Source: a bacterium (GTDB lineage: Bacteria > Electryoneota > JAOADG01). Taken from it: DNA of 64,000 nucleotides. The stretch spans positions 571 through 64,570 of the forward strand of contig JAOTSC010000002.1 of the NCBI GenBank assembly GCA_030247525.1, read 5' to 3'. The notes beneath the pieces were generated by a model, which saw nothing but the letters and a program-made list of their open reading frames with translations, was not told the origin of the DNA and searched no databases. Below, in pieces: positions 58,697-64,000 of this stretch (positions within the stretch are counted from its first letter, which is position 1; each line of letters opens with the position of its first letter). The position numbers and the translations under genes are program-made.

Positions 58697-59785
58697 GTGC
58701 TTATGTACACGTTTAATCCCTTAGGGATTATCGATTTCGACCACATTCAGTTTACCGTTCAAGATGCCACCGCCATCGATGCTTCGTACGATGCGATGGG
58801 ATTTACCCGCACCGAAGTAAAGGTTGCAAGAGGTTACTCCTCTCATCTATTCAAACAAGGGGCAATTCGGGTTATTGTAAGCGTGAATGCACCGTTAGAT
58901 TCGTTTCCCGGGAAGTACCGGGAAGAGCATGGAGACGGTGTTTGTACGATTGGCTTTCGGGTTCATTCAGCGGAACATGCGCTCCAAGAGGCAGTGCACC
59001 GCGGAGCGAAAATGGCGGAACCGGTATCCGAACGAAATGTCAATGGCGCATTGTATCGAACTGCCTCAATTCAAGGCTTCGGAGCAGTCCGAAATTTATT
59101 CGTCGAACGCCCTGATGATGGCGGTCCCGTATTTCTGCCGGGTTACACTCACCTACACCACCCAATGGCAAAACAACCACTAAAATTTGGACTCGAGCGG
59201 ATCGACCACATGACCAATAACGTCCCTGAAGGGGAGATGGATGTTTGGGTCGAGTTTTACAAACGGATTTACGGTTTTGAAGTCGTTCGCGATTTTGATA
59301 TCAAGGGTCTCGAAACCGGGTTGTTAAGCAAAGTAGTAGCAAGCCACGACCGGAAAGTGATTATCCCGATTAACGAACCGCAGAAGATGAGCGGTAAAAA
59401 AGGGCAAATCGAGGAATTTCTCGATATGAATCACGGACATGGGGTACAGCACGTCGCGTTCCGGACAGCTAATTTGATGTATGTGATTCAGACCTTACGC
59501 GAGCGCGGTCTCGTTTTCCTCGATGCACCGCCGGACACCTATTACGATACGATTCCAAACAGGGTACCGGGCGTCCGTCAACCACTCGATGAATTGAAGG
59601 CGTTAGGTATACTGGTCGATGGCGATCCCGATGGATACCTGTTGCAACTCTTCACAAAGTATATGGTTGGACCGCTCTTCTACGAATTCATCCAGCGGGA
59701 AAAACATGATGGATTTGGCGAGGGGAACTTCCAAGCGCTCTTCGACTCCATCGAAGCCGACCAACGACGACGTGGTGTATTGTAA
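58697..59785 (+). CDS. hppD: 4-hydroxyphenylpyruvate dioxygenase
   Basis: Two VOC modules. HPPD signatures (NHGHGVQHVAFRT, GYLLQLFTK, FYEFIQREKHDGFGEGNFQALFDSIE). Confidence 0.85.
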   Translation: MLMYTFNPLGIIDFDHIQFTVQDATAIDASYDAMGFTRTEVKVARGYSSHLFKQGAIRVIVSVNAPLDSFPGKYREEHGDGVCTIGFRVHSAEHALQEAVHRGAKMAEPVSERNVNGALYRTASIQGFGAVRNLFVERPDDGGPVFLPGYTHLHHPMAKQPLKFGLERIDHMTNNVPEGEMDVWVEFYKRIYGFEVVRDFDIKGLETGLLSKVVASHDRKVIIPINEPQKMSGKKGQIEEFLDMNHGHGVQHVAFRTANLMYVIQTLRERGLVFLDAPPDTYYDTIPNRVPGVRQPLDELKALGILVDGDPDGYLLQLFTKYMVGPLFYEFIQREKHDGFGEGNFQALFDSIEADQRRRGVL

Positions 59786-59830
59786 GTAGCTCAGACAATC
59801 TTGTCTGAGTCATTCGTTCCGTCTCCCATC

Positions 59831-60090
59831 CGTACGTTGGACATTCTTGTCCAACGGGCGTTAAATAGCATTGGACGGGAGGGGCGTATGGCATACGCCC
59901 CTTCTTTTTTTGGGGGAGTCGTGTGGTGGTTACGGGCTTCCAAGTCAGTTTGTAGGGGCGGCTGGCAGCCGCCCGTGAGTAAGGGCGAATCTTGTGTTCG
60001 CCCTTTTTACAGGTCTGGAGACCTGTCAGTACCCGAACCATAATAAACTCATGTACTCATCTCGCCCGTTGGACAAGAATGTCCAACGTA
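59831..60090. mobile_element. MITE-like element: 260 bp bounded by perfect 29-bp inverted repeats, full of REP-like hairpins
   Basis: GTACGTTGGACATTCTTGTCCAACGGGCG at 59831..59859 and its exact reverse complement at 60062..60090. Interior holds GGCGTATGGCATACGCC, GGGCGGCTGgCAGCCGCCC, GGGCGAATCttgtGTTCGCCC and AGGTCTggAGACCT. No ORF. Lies between convergent genes. Confidence 0.45.
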
Positions 60091-60161
60091 CTGAAAAATG
60101 CAACGGGCTTGGAAGCCCGTAGCCACCATCTCTGATTTTCGGGGTGCAAGTGTCTGCGCCC

Positions 60162-60653
60162 CTACTTGATATCAAACCAGAGGTCGTTGTTCATATCGCT
60201 TAGGAATTGGTCGCGGTCGCCTTGTTCCTTGATTTGTTCGACGGAATGCAGTGCGAGTTCGCGCCACTTCAGTGCTTCGTCCCGATTCCCCGCAGCCGCG
60301 TACGCTCTTGCCATTCCTTCGTAAGCATACCCCAAATCGAAGTCGGTGAAATGATGTTCCATCGTCAAATCGTAACAGCGTTTCGCATGGTGCAGCGCTT
60401 GCTCGGGACGCTTTAGCACTGCCGCGACATGGGAAATCATCCATTCGCCGCGTTGTGTGTTGAGGGTCGTACCGACATAACTCCAGTGTTGTGCCGAAGC
60501 ATAAGCGAGCCGTAATGCGGTCTCCCCATCTTCGATCTCCTTCGATGCGACATATTTATCTAAAAAGTCCCACGACTGATTGAAGAATTCAATCGCATAA
60601 TACTTGTGCATCTCTTCTTTGGTCGGCACTTTTTTCTCGGGTTGCTCACTCAT
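60162..60653 (-). CDS. Hypothetical helical (TPR-like) protein
   Basis: 163-aa ORF, helical composition, no specific motif. Confidence 0.45.
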   Translation of the reverse strand: MSEQPEKKVPTKEEMHKYYAIEFFNQSWDFLDKYVASKEIEDGETALRLAYASAQHWSYVGTTLNTQRGEWMISHVAAVLKRPEQALHHAKRCYDLTMEHHFTDFDLGYAYEGMARAYAAAGNRDEALKWRELALHSVEQIKEQGDRDQFLSDMNNDLWFDIK

Positions 60654-60655
60654 GT

Positions 60656-61279
60656 TTATCCTTTCTTTTCAACACCTTTCCAACGCAAAGGGCCCTCAAC
60701 AAATCGCCGATACAAGTTCTTCAAGGTTTCCCCATTTCCCCACGCAAACAATTGATACACTTTATCAAATTCCGGTTTCGCCTCCCAGCCGCACATCGAG
60801 ATTATTACTTTAGTATTATTCGCATCAATGGGATGAAACTCGATAACCGTTGCGATTTTTGCTGCGACTTCCGGATTGGGAAAACCGGGCGGGGTGCGTT
60901 TTATCCGAATCGAAAGCAATCGCTCCGGGACAAACGATAGCACTTCATTCTGGATGTTTGTGGTATCACCGATGCGGTGGGTGGGGTCGTAACTCGCTTC
61001 CCAGACTCCTCCAACCCGGAAATCGATTTCGACAACCGGCGCGACAAAGGAACGCAACCCTTCAGTCGTTGTAAAAGCATTCCAAACTTCTTTGACTGAG
61101 GTGGGTATCACCGCTTCGTGTTGCAGCAGTTTTCCGGTGGCGTGTTGAAAGGAGGTGTTTTTTACGACCGAGTCCGGCAGTGTAAAAGCGAACAAAGAAC
61201 TTGCTAATGCGAGTAACGTGAGCAATCCGAGCCCTACCGCTCTTATTGACATCTTCCTCCCCCCTGAAAACCGAATCAT
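60656..61279 (-). CDS. Secreted SRPBCC-like protein
   Basis: Signal peptide, then EVWNAFTTTEGLRSFVAPV..DFRVGGVWEASYDP, resembling SRPBCC/AHSA1-type ligand-binding domains. Confidence 0.45.
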   Translation of the reverse strand: MIRFSGGRKMSIRAVGLGLLTLLALASSLFAFTLPDSVVKNTSFQHATGKLLQHEAVIPTSVKEVWNAFTTTEGLRSFVAPVVEIDFRVGGVWEASYDPTHRIGDTTNIQNEVLSFVPERLLSIRIKRTPPGFPNPEVAAKIATVIEFHPIDANNTKVIISMCGWEAKPEFDKVYQLFAWGNGETLKNLYRRFVEGPLRWKGVEKKG

Positions 61280-61280
61280 A

Positions 61281-63947
61281 CTACTTCAATAACAGTACTT
61301 TCCGGGTTTGTTCAATTTTTCCGGATTGCAATCGTACGAAATAAACCCCGCCTGCACAAGCATTCGGACGCCAAGTCAACGAATGATTTCCCGCCCGCAT
61401 CGGTTGATTCACCAAAGTTGCCACGGAACGTCCGGTAACATCATGGATGGTCAACGATACTTGTTCGTACTGCGGCAATGCGAACCGAATCGACGTCAAT
61501 GCATTGAACGGATTCGGATAATTTCCCAGCAATCCGAATTCATGAGGAATCACGGAAAGCGTCTCAATCGCGCGGTTGATAATCAACTCGTAGAGTGCAA
61601 ATTCATTCGGTTCGATGTTGCTGTTTCCTGTCACCGGGGCAGGGATTTGCGAAACCAGTGCGCCACCATCGTTGGTTTGGTACGAGGCGAATGCCAGCCA
61701 TATCCGTTCACGGGTACCACCCATTTCCGCCGTGAGGTTGAGCGCTCCTTCCACCACGTTTCCTGCTGCAACTCGCGCGTTCGCATTAGCAGCTTGATTG
61801 AACCAACCAGCCCAGTTATTGGAGCTCTCGTTGCCGATATATGCCGCGGATTGCATCACTTGTCCCTGCTTCGCCCACGGTGCCGCGACCATAATGCTGG
61901 TACAATCGCCGAGCATGAGGAAATGATCGCGTCCGTGGCTGCGAGCACTGGTCGCCGCGATATACAATTCCTCCCCGTTCCAATCGGCGTATAACGTAAC
62001 CGAATCGCGGCTGCCGATGGTTGTTACCCATGATTCGAGTAGTCCATCCATTACATACTCGCGCGTCCCGCCGCCGCCGCCGCCCGTAACCGGTACGTTC
62101 CAATTTTGACCGTTGTTGTTATCCCACCGGTTTTGTGCATCGCGGAAAACGAAGTTCACCGAAACAGCATTCGCGGGAATGATGTAACGATACCACCAGC
62201 GATGAGCGCCGGTGTCCGGTTGCATGGCGGGATCGGGTGTAATAGTTCCCTGCCAGTTGCTATGCCCGATATGGATATATACCGGATTTGTTGTATCGGC
62301 TAATGCACCAGCAACCGCATCGTAACGAATGGTGAGAGTGTCGCCAACCTGTGGCGCTTGCGGAGTCCATGTGACGGCATTTCCACTGCCGCTTCCCGTA
62401 CCATTTCCGATATAGGTGTGCTGCAGCGGGGACCGTTTCGTAAAACCAAGACTATCGATTGCCTCGACATAATAATCGATGAGCACATTACCGCTATCGG
62501 TTATAGCGGGATCGGTCACATGGAGATAATACTCGTCGGCAATGGCTTGTGGCAGCTCGAAGAAATTGATTTCCGGGCTATTGAAAAAGTTTCCACTCGG
62601 AAAGATTCTTCGTGTCATCGGTCGGGTTACCCAGGTCCCGACTTCATTCCCGTTGGCATACACTTCGTTCTGATTGCTGCTTAACGGATTTACACCATCC
62701 TGGTCGATCCGGTATTTGAAATTCACCGTTTGGATACCGGATACATCGTATGCGAAGGTCCATATCCAGAAATCGCGATTATTCATTACCTGCCGATACC
62801 CATACTGCGGTCCGAACCCAATGCTGCCTGGATTATGCGGATACTGTTGCGGCAACCAAATCGTCGGCGGTGTTTGATCGATACCGGAATTTATCACTAT
62901 GTTCGCATGTTCGATCGCGTTGTTACAGGTAATCGTCGCTTTGACTTCCATATCGAGCGAGGCGCCATAGTACATGAAATCACTGGCAGTGCCGGGAAGG
63001 AAGAAGTGCCAAGCTAGTTCGGCATGAGTCGCATTGTTCGCAATCGGATCGCGAATCGCTTCGATCCGGACATTGCCCGCAATCTGTTCCGCGGTTTCGA
63101 CGTGATTTTGTGCCGCCGTAATCACAGCCCAATTCCGTTCATCCTCCGCCCAGCCATTCGCGATATCGATTTGTCCGGTTGCATTCACCAGCGGCCAATT
63201 CCAATTGATGTAATCGGGGGAACCGAAATCCCCATCGGCATTCACCCATGCACCATCCTCGACATGGATGACATCGTTTTGCGCAACTGGATATTGCGTG
63301 AGATAGGTTTGGACTGTGGTCGGGACATGCCCTGCCGCCACTGCCGCCGTCGTAAAATTATGGACACTCTCCATGTAGTAGGAGTAGCCGCCACCATAGG
63401 CATTATCGCCATCGTGTCCGAGTACGATGAGCATAGGATGATTCGGCTCATTCGCTGGTGCGATGGTATTGATATCGGTGATCCCGTAGGATTGATAACC
63501 ATCGACCCAACTCATCGCCATCTCGACTGGTACGACGATAATCCGGTAGACCGTTCCGCTATCGGGATCGACATACTGCGCATAGTGTGGACGCATTGAA
63601 AACGGATACGCATTGCGGGGGGTACACCCCCGGTCGATAGTGCGGGCAAACCAATTCGTTTGCGAAGGATTGATTTGATCGGCACGATTCGGTGGATCGC
63701 AATTCTCACCGCCGGTGCCGAAAACCATTGGGAAATTCTCGCAGGCACGGGAGAGATGATTGTTTGCGACAAAGACCCATTGCACTCCGGCTTGCACAAG
63801 CGCTTTAATGTTCCGCTCACTGAATGCAAGTTCGGGCGGCATCAATCCATTGGAATGGGCAGGGGTGTTTCCCCAAGCAGCCGAATAACCACTCTGATAC
63901 AACTGTACCGATTTTATTACGGTAGCTTCATCAAGCAACGGAATCAA
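61281..63947 (-). CDS. Large secreted protein with T9SS C-terminal sorting domain (possible glycoside-hydrolase-like N-terminal region); N-terminus may extend beyond the window
   Basis: C-terminal NYPNPFNALTSIRFALPQYEQVSLTIHDVTGRSVATL. TTG-initiated ORF is still open toward the window edge. No signal peptide within the annotated start. Confidence 0.55.
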   Translation of the reverse strand: MIPLLDEATVIKSVQLYQSGYSAAWGNTPAHSNGLMPPELAFSERNIKALVQAGVQWVFVANNHLSRACENFPMVFGTGGENCDPPNRADQINPSQTNWFARTIDRGCTPRNAYPFSMRPHYAQYVDPDSGTVYRIIVVPVEMAMSWVDGYQSYGITDINTIAPANEPNHPMLIVLGHDGDNAYGGGYSYYMESVHNFTTAAVAAGHVPTTVQTYLTQYPVAQNDVIHVEDGAWVNADGDFGSPDYINWNWPLVNATGQIDIANGWAEDERNWAVITAAQNHVETAEQIAGNVRIEAIRDPIANNATHAELAWHFFLPGTASDFMYYGASLDMEVKATITCNNAIEHANIVINSGIDQTPPTIWLPQQYPHNPGSIGFGPQYGYRQVMNNRDFWIWTFAYDVSGIQTVNFKYRIDQDGVNPLSSNQNEVYANGNEVGTWVTRPMTRRIFPSGNFFNSPEINFFELPQAIADEYYLHVTDPAITDSGNVLIDYYVEAIDSLGFTKRSPLQHTYIGNGTGSGSGNAVTWTPQAPQVGDTLTIRYDAVAGALADTTNPVYIHIGHSNWQGTITPDPAMQPDTGAHRWWYRYIIPANAVSVNFVFRDAQNRWDNNNGQNWNVPVTGGGGGGTREYVMDGLLESWVTTIGSRDSVTLYADWNGEELYIAATSARSHGRDHFLMLGDCTSIMVAAPWAKQGQVMQSAAYIGNESSNNWAGWFNQAANANARVAAGNVVEGALNLTAEMGGTRERIWLAFASYQTNDGGALVSQIPAPVTGNSNIEPNEFALYELIINRAIETLSVIPHEFGLLGNYPNPFNALTSIRFALPQYEQVSLTIHDVTGRSVATLVNQPMRAGNHSLTWRPNACAGGVYFVRLQSGKIEQTRKVLLLK

Positions 63948-64000
63948 TGGATGATGATAGGGGAAGAGAACTAAATCGAGGCGGGGGAGATTTGCACTGG

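Overview
Coding-dense, mostly single-strand-run (+) bacterial window of about 50% GC. At least six proteins end in a recognisable T9SS (Por) C-terminal sorting domain (YPNPFN...), which points to a Bacteroidota/FCB-superphylum-type organism, probably an uncultivated lineage.

Most striking feature: two multiheme c-type cytochrome clusters, about 39 heme-binding motifs in total.
- Cluster A (3.9-13.9 kb): two paralogous tetraheme cytochromes, a predicted outer-membrane beta-barrel, an NHL-repeat lipoprotein, a 12-heme and an 8-heme cytochrome, an OmpA-family protein and a small secreted protein.
- Cluster B (17.5-21.6 kb): an NHL-repeat T9SS cargo, a 10-heme cytochrome and an NHL lipoprotein, next to a ResB-like cytochrome biogenesis protein.
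- Regulation: a histidine kinase with a CxxCH heme motif in its periplasmic sensor domain and a sigma-54-dependent NtrC-type regulator sit between the clusters. GG-N10-GC sigma-54-type promoter motifs lie upstream of both clusters.

I read this as a porin-cytochrome-like extracellular electron-transfer module in which NHL beta-propellers are recurring partners; it appears undescribed.

Second notable finding: 33962..36028 is a single gene whose Sec signal peptide and T9SS cargo body are joined by an in-frame TGA. That TGA sits exactly at the first Cys position of a thioredoxin-fold active site (T-U-G-P-C, with the cis-Pro loop downstream), so this is a candidate secreted selenoprotein.

Other features:
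- a cation-diffusion-facilitator transporter gene interrupted by an in-frame TAA;
- a degraded IS630-family transposase relic;
- a histone-H1-like AKKAAP-repeat protein encoded by a DNA tandem repeat;
- a REP-like family of GTAG-plus-GC-palindrome elements;
- a 260-bp MITE-like element with perfect 29-bp inverted repeats;
- housekeeping genes: dapF, hpt, rhomboid protease, TatD, fumarylacetoacetate hydrolase, livG/livF ATPases, Dus, polyprenyl synthase, ArsR plus SRPBCC protein, alpha-glucan phosphorylase, HPPD.

No rRNA, tRNA or CRISPR array was detected.
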